Part shown: positions 7,655-17,303 of the stretch, piece after piece | Layout of the letters: the number at the start of each line of letters is the position of its first letter | How positions within the stretch are numbered: the stretch's first letter is position 1 | NCBI GenBank assembly: GCA_050011565.1 | Contig: JBEKIW010000006.1 | Location: 1 to 64,000 of the forward strand | DNA from: Dehalococcoidia bacterium | GTDB lineage: Bacteria > Chloroflexota > Dehalococcoidia > GIF9 > UBA5629 | Reading direction: 5' to 3' | Length of the DNA stretch: 64,000 nt | Translations under genes and position numbers: made by a program | The notes under the pieces: model-generated | The model's input: the letters and a program-made list of their open reading frames with translations, nothing else | Databases searched by the model: none | Told to the model about the DNA's origin: nothing

Positions 7655-8605
7655 ATGGATCGTAAGACTAAAATTGAGATGCTGAGGAGAATGCTACTGA
7701 TCAGGCATCTCGAGAATAAGTGGGGCGAGGCTTACCAAAGGCAAGAAATTGATGGAATACCTCCTTCTCTCAGTACCGGGCAAGAAGCAGTGTCAGTCGG
7801 CGCCTGCATGGCCTTAAAGCCCGGCGACTTTGTCTTTACCACGCACCGTGGTGTTGGGCCACAAGTTGCCATGGGCATGGACCCGGACCGGATAATGGCT
7901 GACGTTTGCTACAAAGCTACCGGTTACAACAAGGGGAAATCATACCATGTAACCAGCATTGAACATGGCGTGGTTGGCACGGGTGGCATTGTAGGTGGGC
8001 AGATACCCGTGGCTGCAGGGCTGGCTTTAGCCTTTAAATTGAGGGGGCTCAAGCAGGTGGCCATGCCCTTCTTTGGCGAAGGAGCGTCTAATGAGGGAGC
8101 CTTTCACGAGGCGGCAAATTTAGCCGCGATTTGGAAACTGCCGGTTATCTTTCTATGCGAAAATAATATGTACGCTATCTCGCTCAGATTTGAAGAGTTC
8201 ATTCCTGTTAAGAGTGTAGCCATAAGAGCTAAAGCCTACGGGATGCCTGGTGTAACCGTCGATGGGAACGACGTCATCTCTGTATATGAGGCGGTACGTA
8301 AGGCAGCGGAAAGGGCCAGAAGGGGTCTTGGGCCCAGCCTGGTTGAGGCCAAGACGTACAGACTCGCCGGCCATCTGCTCGATGACCCCGGCCATTATCG
8401 TCCTAAGGAAGAGGTGAAAGAACAGTGGTCTAAGTGCCCCATCCTGAGGTTTAAGACTCAATTAGAATCTGAGGGTATCTTAAAGAATGAAGATATGGAT
8501 AGATTGGAGCGTGAGATTAAGGAAGTAGCGGAAAAGGCGGCGGATTTTGCCAGAAAAAGCCCCTGCCCGGAGGCGGAAGAAGCCTTTACTGATATTTTCG
8601 CTTAG
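7655..8605 (+). CDS. TPP-dependent dehydrogenase E1 alpha subunit (AcoA/PdhA family)
   Basis: GQEA, THRG, GEGA...ENN TPP motif, TYRLAGH. Confidence 0.9.
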   Translation: MDRKTKIEMLRRMLLIRHLENKWGEAYQRQEIDGIPPSLSTGQEAVSVGACMALKPGDFVFTTHRGVGPQVAMGMDPDRIMADVCYKATGYNKGKSYHVTSIEHGVVGTGGIVGGQIPVAAGLALAFKLRGLKQVAMPFFGEGASNEGAFHEAANLAAIWKLPVIFLCENNMYAISLRFEEFIPVKSVAIRAKAYGMPGVTVDGNDVISVYEAVRKAAERARRGLGPSLVEAKTYRLAGHLLDDPGHYRPKEEVKEQWSKCPILRFKTQLESEGILKNEDMDRLEREIKEVAEKAADFARKSPCPEAEEAFTDIFA

Positions 8606-8616
8606 GCTGTGAAGAA

Positions 8617-9654
8617 ATGTTTCCCAGAAGACTTTTTGAACACGGCGCCAAAATTCCTCCGGAGCAGAAGAAGCTACCCGGTTATCGGGGTGCCATCAAT
8701 GAAGCTCTTATGGAGGAAATGGAGAGGGACAGTCGAATCATAGTCATGGGGCAGGATGTGGGGAAAGCACCCCCCTTCGGCGTAACCCTAGGGCTACTGG
8801 GCAAATTTGGGCCAGAGCGGGTTCTGGATACGCCAATCTCAGAGATAGCTATGGTCGGAGCAGCAGTAGGCGCTGCCATCGGTGGTATGAGGGCTGTAGT
8901 GGAGATGCAGTTCGGAGACTTTCTTTCTTGTGCCATCGACCAGGTGGTACACCAGGCCGCTATGCTTCGGTACCTGACGGGGGGTCAAGTCAAAATGCCT
9001 ATGGTAATCAGGTTGCCTTGTGGCGCGGGGCAGGGTACAGGGTCTCACCACTCTCAGAGCATGTACTCCTGGTTCGTTCACAGCCCGGGTCTCAGGGTTG
9101 TCGTTCCCTCCACGTCGGCGGATGCCAAAGGCCTGATGAAGACCGCATTGAGGCAAGATAACCCGGTGCTCTTCTTTGAGGGAAAGATGTTATACCGAAC
9201 CAGATGGGAGGTGCCTCCCGAGTATTACAATGCCGATTTCACTATACCTTTCGGCAAAGCCGATATAAAGAGACAGGGACGAGATATTACCGTGGTGGCT
9301 ACCCTGACCATGGTTCATTATGCCATTGAGGCGGCTAAACGTTTGGAAGCGGAAGGCACGTCTGTGGAAGTTATCGACCCTCGCACCCTGGCTCCTCTGG
9401 ATGTGGAAACGATACTGGCCTCGGTAAGAAAGACCGGCCGCCTGGTAGTCGTAGACGAAGCTTATCTGGGCTGTGGCATTCAGGGAGAGATAATCGCCAC
9501 CGTCACAGAAAAAGCCTTTCATCACTTGAAAGCACCTCCCATCCGTCTGGGAAACCCAGGCGTGCCTGTGCCTTTCGCACCGACGTTGGAGCAGGCGGTG
9601 ATTCCAAACGTAGATAAGATAGAACAGGCAATCAGGAAAACGTTGAAAGCTTGA
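8617..9654 (+). CDS. TPP-dependent dehydrogenase E1 beta subunit
   Basis: DTPISE, EMQFGDF, HHSQS, EVIDPRTL. Confidence 0.9.
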   Translation: MFPRRLFEHGAKIPPEQKKLPGYRGAINEALMEEMERDSRIIVMGQDVGKAPPFGVTLGLLGKFGPERVLDTPISEIAMVGAAVGAAIGGMRAVVEMQFGDFLSCAIDQVVHQAAMLRYLTGGQVKMPMVIRLPCGAGQGTGSHHSQSMYSWFVHSPGLRVVVPSTSADAKGLMKTALRQDNPVLFFEGKMLYRTRWEVPPEYYNADFTIPFGKADIKRQGRDITVVATLTMVHYAIEAAKRLEAEGTSVEVIDPRTLAPLDVETILASVRKTGRLVVVDEAYLGCGIQGEIIATVTEKAFHHLKAPPIRLGNPGVPVPFAPTLEQAVIPNVDKIEQAIRKTLKA

Positions 9655-9706
9655 ATCTTACCGCCGCCGGGTGTAATCTCTACAGTTCTATAACGAGGAG
9701 GATGCC

Positions 9707-10525
9707 GTGCCTACGGCCAAAGTCGGTGACATAAATATCTACTACGAAGTGGAGGGCGAGGGAGAAGCGCTAGCCTTGATAATGGGCTTAGGGGGCGGCA
9801 TTCCTTGGTTGTTCCGGCAGGTTCCGTCATTCTCACAACAATACCAAGTAGTTGCTTTCGATAACAGAGGGACCGGAGGCAGCGATGCTCCGGATATTCC
9901 CTATTCGATGGAGATGATGGCCGGCGACCTTGCCGGTCTGCTGGAAAACATCGGTATTAAAACTACACATGTTTTTGGTATATCCATGGGCGGCATGATA
10001 GCCCAGCACTTTGCTCTACTTTATCCCGAAAAAGTGAAGACCCTCATATTGGGGGCTACTACGTGCGGTGGATCTCACAGGATAATGCCGGATATGGAGG
10101 CAATCAAAGTCCTTTTCGACATGGACCGTATGCAAAAGCTGACTCCGGAAGAGCGGGCAAGGGAGACCCTTCCCTTTGTCTTCAGCCAGGAGTTCATCAA
10201 AACCAATCAAGCGCTTATTCAACAACTTCTGGCGAAAATGGTGGGGCACGTCACTCCCCTACATGGCTATGTGAGGCAGGCGGGCGCGATAATGGGTCAC
10301 GATACTTACGAGCGCCTACCGGAGATTAAGGCGCCCACTCTGGTAATCGCCGGAGACGCCGATAAGCTGGTACCGGTGGAGAACTCCAGGCTGATTGCCT
10401 CCAGGATACCCAACGCCGAATTGGTGACACTGAAAAACATGGGCCACGGTTTCAACATCGAGGCGGCTGATGAAGTGAACCATGTTGTGCTGCGCTTCCT
10501 CAACCGGCACAGCCGTCCTGGCTAG
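9707..10525 (+). CDS. Alpha/beta hydrolase (enol-lactone hydrolase-like)
   Basis: DNRGTG, GISMGG nucleophile elbow, GDAD, GHG. Confidence 0.88.
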   Translation: MPTAKVGDINIYYEVEGEGEALALIMGLGGGIPWLFRQVPSFSQQYQVVAFDNRGTGGSDAPDIPYSMEMMAGDLAGLLENIGIKTTHVFGISMGGMIAQHFALLYPEKVKTLILGATTCGGSHRIMPDMEAIKVLFDMDRMQKLTPEERARETLPFVFSQEFIKTNQALIQQLLAKMVGHVTPLHGYVRQAGAIMGHDTYERLPEIKAPTLVIAGDADKLVPVENSRLIASRIPNAELVTLKNMGHGFNIEAADEVNHVVLRFLNRHSRPG

Positions 10526-10528
10526 CGT

Positions 10529-11281
10529 CTACCATTCATTCAGGCTTTTAAACACCTCTTCGGGGTTAGTCCTGGAGCCCGTAACCAACCCCTGAGCCTC
10601 GCCGACCGCAATCTCATACTCATCTTTTTTCAATGAACTTATAACGGCTCTGGCCACTTCGGCTGGCGGTATACCTCTATTCGACTCCCCTTCTTCCTCT
10701 ACTGACCCTTTACCCAGTTCCGTATCTACCATCGGCGGCACTATCTCAAACACTTTAATTGACGTATCTTTCAACTGATGTCTTAGGGACATGGTGAAAG
10801 AGTGTACGGCGGCTTTAGTGGCACAGTAAACAGGCATGGAAGCTATGGGTACAAAAGCTAAACCGGACGAGACGTTAATAATCGCCGCCTCTTTTTGCTT
10901 AAGCAGCAACGGAATAAAATAGGCTGACAAATATATAGCGGCTGCCAGGTTGATTTCGATTTCATTTTCTCCACCCGTTAAATCCCGGATTTCCTTTTTA
11001 AAGTCAACCATTCGCTGAATTCCGGCATTGTTTATTAACATATTGAAATCTTTAAAATTATCTTTAACCCAGTCGAAAAGTGCTTTGCGCTCCTTCTCTT
11101 TTGAGACATCGCAAGTGCGGATGTATATCTGGGGCAATTTACGCTTGGCTTCTTCCAGCTTGCTCTGTCGCCGGCCGCAGATAATTACCTTGTTTCCAGC
11201 TCTTACCAGCGCTTCAGCCAGTGAAAAACCAATGCCGGTAGCTCCACCGGTGATAAGTACGGTGTTATTTCTAATCTTCAT
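10529..11281 (-). CDS. Short-chain dehydrogenase/reductase (DltE-like)
   Basis: TGGATGIG, NNAG, YCATK. Confidence 0.9.
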   Translation of the reverse strand: MKIRNNTVLITGGATGIGFSLAEALVRAGNKVIICGRRQSKLEEAKRKLPQIYIRTCDVSKEKERKALFDWVKDNFKDFNMLINNAGIQRMVDFKKEIRDLTGGENEIEINLAAAIYLSAYFIPLLLKQKEAAIINVSSGLAFVPIASMPVYCATKAAVHSFTMSLRHQLKDTSIKVFEIVPPMVDTELGKGSVEEEGESNRGIPPAEVARAVISSLKKDEYEIAVGEAQGLVTGSRTNPEEVFKSLNEW

Positions 11282-11357
11282 TGTTTATGCTCCTTCTCGA
11301 TAAATAATACGTGAAAAATCAGGATGTCTTATTGATTCAATGTACGCCTTCGAATTG

Positions 11358-12365
11358 CTAGTACTGGTCCTCTGCCTCGTCCCCATATACCTTCCCGGCA
11401 AATACTCCGTGCACATACATATTATAGACGATAATTATGGGCAGAATTATTCCGGCACCAAACAGCATAAATACTAAACTCGCCTGCGGCGACGCCGCCT
11501 GTGCTATGGAGAGTGAGAATGGAATGAAGTACGGAAATATACCGCCGATTGTGGCCGCAGCGATACCCAGGAATACAACAATAGCCCAAATATAGGGGGC
11601 TCTATCGCTCTTTTCATCTCTGGAGCTAATCAGCAGCATGATAAAGGCAAAGAGCACTACAAGCAAAAACAGTGGCACGAAATAAACCTGCGGCGGTCTA
11701 GACCATATCAGCGATAAAGGAGTATACGCCAACAACATCATAGCGATGACCGCAACAAACGATGCCAGGGCAATCGAAGCACTGCCCAGCAAAAGCCGCC
11801 GATTCTGAATTTGGACGGCTCCTTCCGTCTTACGCACCAGATGCGCCGCACCCATCATAGCGTAGGCAGCCAGTACTCCCATAGCTATGATGACCGACCC
11901 GAGATTCAGCCAGTCCCACGGCCCACCAACAAAGGAACCTCCCTCTATCTTCAGGTTACTGAATAATCCGCCAAAAATAAACCCCTGACCAGCGATAGCC
12001 AGGAGACAGCCTATCCCGAAGGCGATGCCCCATAAACGCTTATGCTCCGAATGGCCACGAAACTCGATAGACACGGCTCTGAAGACCAAGCCGAAAAGAA
12101 GCATCATTGCCGGGATATAAAGAGAGCTGAGTATAACGCCATAGGCCAACGGAAAAGCGCCGAATAGCGTAGCCCCACCCACAACAAGCCAGGTTTCATT
12201 GGCGTACCACAGCGGTCCGATAGCCACCAGCATAGTAGAGCGCCTGGACTCACCTGCATTTAGGGATAGTACACCGATTCCAAGGTCGGCCCCGTCCAAA
12301 GTGATGAACAGGGTCATGGTGACAACTAACAAAAAATACCAGAGCAGCGGTAGAAAAGCTCCCAT
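11358..12365 (-). CDS. cydB: Cytochrome bd ubiquinol oxidase subunit II
   Basis: LDGADLGIG, GPLWYANETWLV, RAVSIEFR; follows cydA. Confidence 0.93.
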   Translation of the reverse strand: MGAFLPLLWYFLLVVTMTLFITLDGADLGIGVLSLNAGESRRSTMLVAIGPLWYANETWLVVGGATLFGAFPLAYGVILSSLYIPAMMLLFGLVFRAVSIEFRGHSEHKRLWGIAFGIGCLLAIAGQGFIFGGLFSNLKIEGGSFVGGPWDWLNLGSVIIAMGVLAAYAMMGAAHLVRKTEGAVQIQNRRLLLGSASIALASFVAVIAMMLLAYTPLSLIWSRPPQVYFVPLFLLVVLFAFIMLLISSRDEKSDRAPYIWAIVVFLGIAAATIGGIFPYFIPFSLSIAQAASPQASLVFMLFGAGIILPIIIVYNMYVHGVFAGKVYGDEAEDQY

Positions 12366-12389
12366 ATATCACCCGTCACCCAATGCCAC

Positions 12390-13772
12390 TTAATTACCTC
12401 CGGTGGAATCCAGCTTTCTGTATGTTGGCAGAGGACTGGTCAGGTCAGGCCCCTTCTCGAGAATACGTCTGGTGAAATAAATGAACAGGCCAAGCAAGAG
12501 TACATAAATTACAATAAAAAGTGACAGGCTTGTGGCAGCAGTAGCCGTACTTACCGGAGATACACCTTCGGTAGTCCGCAGTATGCCATAGACGAGCCAG
12601 GGTTGACGCCCCACCTCACGTACAATCCACCCGCACTCGGTAGCCAGAAAACCCGCCGGTATGGCATAAAGCCAGAAGTTCCAGAATATCCTGTGCTTCG
12701 GTGCGGATTCGACTCGCAGCTTTTTCCGATACCACTGCCACAGAGCCCATAGGACTAGAAAGAGCATAACAAAGCCCAGCAAGACCATAATCCGGAAGGC
12801 ATAAAACGGCGGTGCAACCGGCGGCTGGTCGTTGACCGGAAAATCCTTTAGCCCTATTACTTGCCCTTTTACAGAATGAGTACTGACAATACTCAGCATG
12901 TAGGGAATCTTAACTTCCCAGCTATTGTCCTGTGCCTTCTGGTCCGGTTGGGCCACCAAAACCCACGAGGCGCTGGTATCGGGAGGATTGGTAACCCAGT
13001 GAGCCTCCATTGCCGCCGCTTTAGCCGGCTGGTGCTTGATTACGGTAAGCCCAGAGGCATCTCCCAGGAAAATCTGAAGCGGCGCCACTACTATTCCGAT
13101 AATAACCATAATTTTGAACGCTTTCAGGAAAAAGCCGACGTTGCGATTCCGGAGAATATACCAGGCGCAAATGCCGCCTACAAAAAACAGCGTGGTCTCG
13201 ATACTGGCCACCCATATATGTGTGAACGCTATGGGCAGGTCCGGATTGAAGGTCGCTTGCAGGTAGTTGGTGATAGCAATCTTCCCGCCTTCCAGACTAA
13301 CTCCGGCAGGAGTTTGCATCCATGAATTGGCAGCCATGATCCAGAACGCCGACAGAGAAGCGCCAAAGGCTACCATTATGTTGGAGAACAGGTGCATTCG
13401 CCTGGACACGCGATTCCACCCGAATATAAACACTGCCAGAAAAGCGGCTTCCAGCGCAAAAGACATTGAGGCTTCAAAAGCCAGGAGATTGCCAACTATA
13501 TTTCCGGTAGCTGCAGAAAAGCGTGACCAGTTGGTACCAAACTGAAACTCAAGCGGTACGCCGCTAGCTACTCCTATCCCAAACGTAAGAATGAAGAGTA
13601 TTGACCAGAAGCGCACCTGCCGGTAGTACATCTCGTCCCCGGTTCTGAGCCACAGAACTTCCATTACCACCATCAATAAACTTAACCCGATGCTGAGCAG
13701 GGGCCATAACATATGGAAGATGGTGGTAACCGCGAACTGGGCACGGGCTACATCGACTGCCGCGTATTCCAT
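12390..13772 (-). CDS. cydA: Cytochrome bd ubiquinol oxidase subunit I
   Basis: ARAQFA..IFH, FQFGTNW, ANSWMQTP, QPAKAAAME, FRIMV, EVGRQPW. Confidence 0.95.
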   Translation of the reverse strand: MEYAAVDVARAQFAVTTIFHMLWPLLSIGLSLLMVVMEVLWLRTGDEMYYRQVRFWSILFILTFGIGVASGVPLEFQFGTNWSRFSAATGNIVGNLLAFEASMSFALEAAFLAVFIFGWNRVSRRMHLFSNIMVAFGASLSAFWIMAANSWMQTPAGVSLEGGKIAITNYLQATFNPDLPIAFTHIWVASIETTLFFVGGICAWYILRNRNVGFFLKAFKIMVIIGIVVAPLQIFLGDASGLTVIKHQPAKAAAMEAHWVTNPPDTSASWVLVAQPDQKAQDNSWEVKIPYMLSIVSTHSVKGQVIGLKDFPVNDQPPVAPPFYAFRIMVLLGFVMLFLVLWALWQWYRKKLRVESAPKHRIFWNFWLYAIPAGFLATECGWIVREVGRQPWLVYGILRTTEGVSPVSTATAATSLSLFIVIYVLLLGLFIYFTRRILEKGPDLTSPLPTYRKLDSTGGN

Positions 13773-13778
13773 TCTTGA

Positions 13779-14342
13779 TTATCCGGGAAAAGCGGAATTT
13801 AGAATCTGCATGCCAAGTAGTGCCAGCACCACGCTACAAGCTACTCCTCCAGCAGCCAGAGTCACGGCTATGCAAATCAGAGTCACGCTGCCCAGGCCTC
13901 CCAGCCAGACGAGCAAGGCCAACCCCACCGCAAGGACAAAGAAAATGCTCCCATAAAGCATCTTGCTCTTTAAAATATGCGAACGGTCCAGTCGTCGAAA
14001 ACGAGTTTTCCCGTCCAGCAATCCAGCCAGGAAAGCTATAAGGACCAGGAGGGGAAGGAATAACGCCATCACCTGCGTAGTGCAGATCAAAAACTGTTCA
14101 ACCGGTCCCGAGAAAAAGAACGTGGCGATGGTAAATACTAAAACGGCTACTGCAAATGAAGTCGGGAAATGCACCGCACTCGGATGTAGATGGAAGTCTA
14201 GAATTCTGCGGCGCGGTTCTGACATAGGGTCGGTATATGGCTCGAACATCTCCCGCGGTACGCCGCAGGCAGGACATTTGTCTCTTAACTTTGCCTCCCG
14301 CATGATATAGCCGCAGGACTTACATCGAACTAATTTCTCCAC
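13779..14342 (-). CDS. Rubredoxin-like domain fused to a DUF2231-like membrane domain
   Basis: CKSCGY...CPACG, then HPSAVHFP and four TM helices. Confidence 0.75.
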   Translation of the reverse strand: MEKLVRCKSCGYIMREAKLRDKCPACGVPREMFEPYTDPMSEPRRRILDFHLHPSAVHFPTSFAVAVLVFTIATFFFSGPVEQFLICTTQVMALFLPLLVLIAFLAGLLDGKTRFRRLDRSHILKSKMLYGSIFFVLAVGLALLVWLGGLGSVTLICIAVTLAAGGVACSVVLALLGMQILNSAFPG

Positions 14343-14449
14343 TGATTACCTCCCCCGATAATGCCAGTATAACATGTGAATATACGGTGGACAAGAGTTT
14401 TTATCAGGAGTCTCCAAAAGTTTCCGGCCCCAAAAATTCGATAGCCTGG

Positions 14450-15871
14450 CTACCATCGATGTCGAGAGGCAAAGATACTGCCCCGGGCAGCACCGACAAG
14501 GTAGCGAAAATTATTGACTATTAAAGCCGGCCACAGAGAAGGCCGGTATTTCCAGAAACGGCTCTGTCTCAGGTAGCGGGGATTAAAATAGAGGCTAAGA
14601 CCACCCCGGATTATAGCGCGGTTGAGTTCATTGTTGCTGAGGTGTTCGGTGCGCACGTTGCAGATGAATCCATTGTAGCGGCTGAAATCCTCCAGGTTGG
14701 TTATCAAGCCTCGTTTCAGCAACTGCTCACGAGTCTCTGTCTTCGGATAGGGCGTCAAACACTGCATGATAGGATGGTCGACGCCCAAATCCAGTGCGAA
14801 CTTAAATGTAGATTGTATATCCTGCCCCGTGTCATCCGGATGGGCCAATATGAAACCGCCGAACACACATATTCCCTGCTTCTGTAGTAAGGAGACGGCG
14901 CGCTTAGTATTTTTGAGAACGCCAACTTTACCCATAGCTTCTAAATTCCTTGAAATTCCGCTCTCAATACCCAGAAACACCCAGCGAAAACCGGCTCTGC
15001 CTAACAGTCCCGCCAGCTCCAGGTCCGAGGCGATACCCGGGACACTGGCCTGAATGGCATACGACATCGTGTTGAGATTCTCGTCGATAATAAGACTGCA
15101 TAGCTGCTTGAGGCGCGGAACATCCAGAGTAATATTATCGTCTACAAAAAAGACCCCTTCTTTGCCCTTGCCTTTCAGTTGGTGCAACTCCTCAATCACT
15201 CGCTCCAGTGCGAACTTTCGGATGGAACGGCCGTACATCCGGGTGATGCTGCAAAAACGGCAGCCCATAGTGCAGCCACGAGACGTCTCCACGCAATCAA
15301 AACGATGGCCCAGGAAACAGGCGCCGTCCAAAACCCTGCAGTCACGATTGGGTGGCTTCAAAGTATCAAGGTTTATCAGAGAAGCCGGCGGATTGTGATG
15401 AAATTTGCCGTCCCTACGAAAGGACAGCCCGGGAATCAGCCGGAAGTCCCTTCGACCGGAAATCAGCTCCTTCACTAAACTCGAAAATGTGACCTCGCCT
15501 TCGCCGCGTACCAGGAAGTCGAAAAGCTCCGCTTCAGCTCCCGAGGCTATCTCCTGGTACATCAGTGAAGCATGGTATCCTCCCAGGACAACTGCCACAT
15601 CAGGGTTTACACGCCGGCAGATACGGGACACACGGCAGGCGCTGGCATACTGGAAGCTCATAGCGCTCAGTCCTACGATTTCCGGCTTAAATTCTTCCAT
15701 CAATCGTTGAAGCAGCCTGGCGATATGGCGATTGTGGAAGACCAGGTCGATTACTCTAACGTCGCATCCCTCCAGGTTGCCGGCGATAGAGCACAACCCC
15801 AGGTTTGGCACTCGCATAACCGGGTCCAAGGCAGAGACCGTATCGGGCATGGCAACGAGCAGAACTCTCAT
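14450..15871 (-). CDS. B12-binding radical SAM protein
   Basis: N-terminal cobalamin-binding domain (GGYHA, GEGE); TSRGCTMGCRFC; GIESG. Confidence 0.9.
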   Translation of the reverse strand: MRVLLVAMPDTVSALDPVMRVPNLGLCSIAGNLEGCDVRVIDLVFHNRHIARLLQRLMEEFKPEIVGLSAMSFQYASACRVSRICRRVNPDVAVVLGGYHASLMYQEIASGAEAELFDFLVRGEGEVTFSSLVKELISGRRDFRLIPGLSFRRDGKFHHNPPASLINLDTLKPPNRDCRVLDGACFLGHRFDCVETSRGCTMGCRFCSITRMYGRSIRKFALERVIEELHQLKGKGKEGVFFVDDNITLDVPRLKQLCSLIIDENLNTMSYAIQASVPGIASDLELAGLLGRAGFRWVFLGIESGISRNLEAMGKVGVLKNTKRAVSLLQKQGICVFGGFILAHPDDTGQDIQSTFKFALDLGVDHPIMQCLTPYPKTETREQLLKRGLITNLEDFSRYNGFICNVRTEHLSNNELNRAIIRGGLSLYFNPRYLRQSRFWKYRPSLWPALIVNNFRYLVGAARGSIFASRHRW

Positions 15872-16247
15872 AACATTTTATTGTACTATAATCTAGTTGG
15901 AAACGGTGGCTGCGCAGCAAATCTATTGACTATTTATCTCCTATTAAGTAGATTTACTTATATCGGTCATAATTTAAATATGCCACATTTAAGTAAAGCA
16001 TCTGCAAGTTAGTTATTAAAATAGGCAGGCAGTGAGGAGGTTAGACACCCGCCTCTCGAAAAGTCATAAAATAAGCCACGAGAAAGTTACAAAGTTATTA
16101 CATTTTGAGTGCATCGACGGAAGCAGCTCATGGGCAAGGGCCTCACCCACAAAATCTTCTTGTTATCGATGGTCACTTTAGCTATACTTTTTATATAAGC
16201 GGGCATTTTATTTAGCTTCCAATTTATTAAAGGACGCTGCATACCAG

Positions 16248-17192
16248 ATGAAGGTCGGCATTCTCGAATCCAAGTCTGACACATTTATCAACGACGTCAT
16301 TTCCAAACTTAGCGGAGTTGAGATAGATTTTCTACACTTTCGCCAGCAGATGGCTCCCATTTCAGGTGACTTTAGAGTAATTGTTGACAGAGCCAGCTTC
16401 TGCGACATGTATTTGAAAGAAACAATGAAAAATCTGGCTTTAAGCGGCACTTATGTCATCAACAACCCGTTTGCGGCTACTGCCACTAACAAGCTGCTGG
16501 ACATCGGAATAGCCTATAATCTCGGAATTTCGTTTCCAAAGACATTTGTCCTGCCCGGCGCAAAACTTTCGGAAGAAACAGAGGAGTGGATAGCTGAACC
16601 GATGTGGGAACAAATAATCGACGAAATAGGTTTGCCGTGCATTCTAAAGCCCTTTGATGGCTACGCCTGGACGAACGTACATATCGTCGACTCATTAGAG
16701 GAGCTAAAAAGAGTCTACTGCTCTATCAGCCCCAGCCAGATTATGCTGGTTCAAAGACTGATTAGATACCAGGACTATTACAGGGCTTTCTGCATCAATA
16801 AGAAAGATGTGCTATTCCTTAAATGGATACCAAAACCTTCCAGCATGGGACAATATCTCTACTCGGATTTGAAACCCATAGAGAATATGGTTGACAAATT
16901 GACCAAGCTCACGATTGACATGAATACTTGCCTGGACCTGGATGTTAACGCGGTCGAATGGTGTATTGATGAAAACGGACATCCCTGGGTTATCGATGCT
17001 TTCAATGAAGTCCCTGAAATCAATAAAGAAGCTCTTCCTGAAGCGTACTATAATTGGATAGTGCAAAAATTCGTGGACTGTATCCAGGATAAACTGGATT
17101 CCGATCAGAGAAACAAGACCGTTTTCCTATCGCCCGCAGAGCTTAATTACAATGTTTTTCGTATTTATCCCCCAACACACTTAAAGCCTTAA
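16248..17192 (+). CDS. ATP-grasp (RimK/glutathione-synthase-like) ligase
   Basis: VIVDR, INNPF, FPKT, LKPFDGYAW, NAVEW, IDAFN. Confidence 0.75.
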   Translation: MKVGILESKSDTFINDVISKLSGVEIDFLHFRQQMAPISGDFRVIVDRASFCDMYLKETMKNLALSGTYVINNPFAATATNKLLDIGIAYNLGISFPKTFVLPGAKLSEETEEWIAEPMWEQIIDEIGLPCILKPFDGYAWTNVHIVDSLEELKRVYCSISPSQIMLVQRLIRYQDYYRAFCINKKDVLFLKWIPKPSSMGQYLYSDLKPIENMVDKLTKLTIDMNTCLDLDVNAVEWCIDENGHPWVIDAFNEVPEINKEALPEAYYNWIVQKFVDCIQDKLDSDQRNKTVFLSPAELNYNVFRIYPPTHLKP

Positions 17193-17303
17193 TCTTTGCA
17201 GATAAAATTGCAGTCTAAGCCACAAATAAAGCGAAGAATCCTCAGATTTCCTTGGCTTGGGTTAACCAAAACGGGCTACCGAAAACCGCGAGCGGGGAGT
17301 TGG

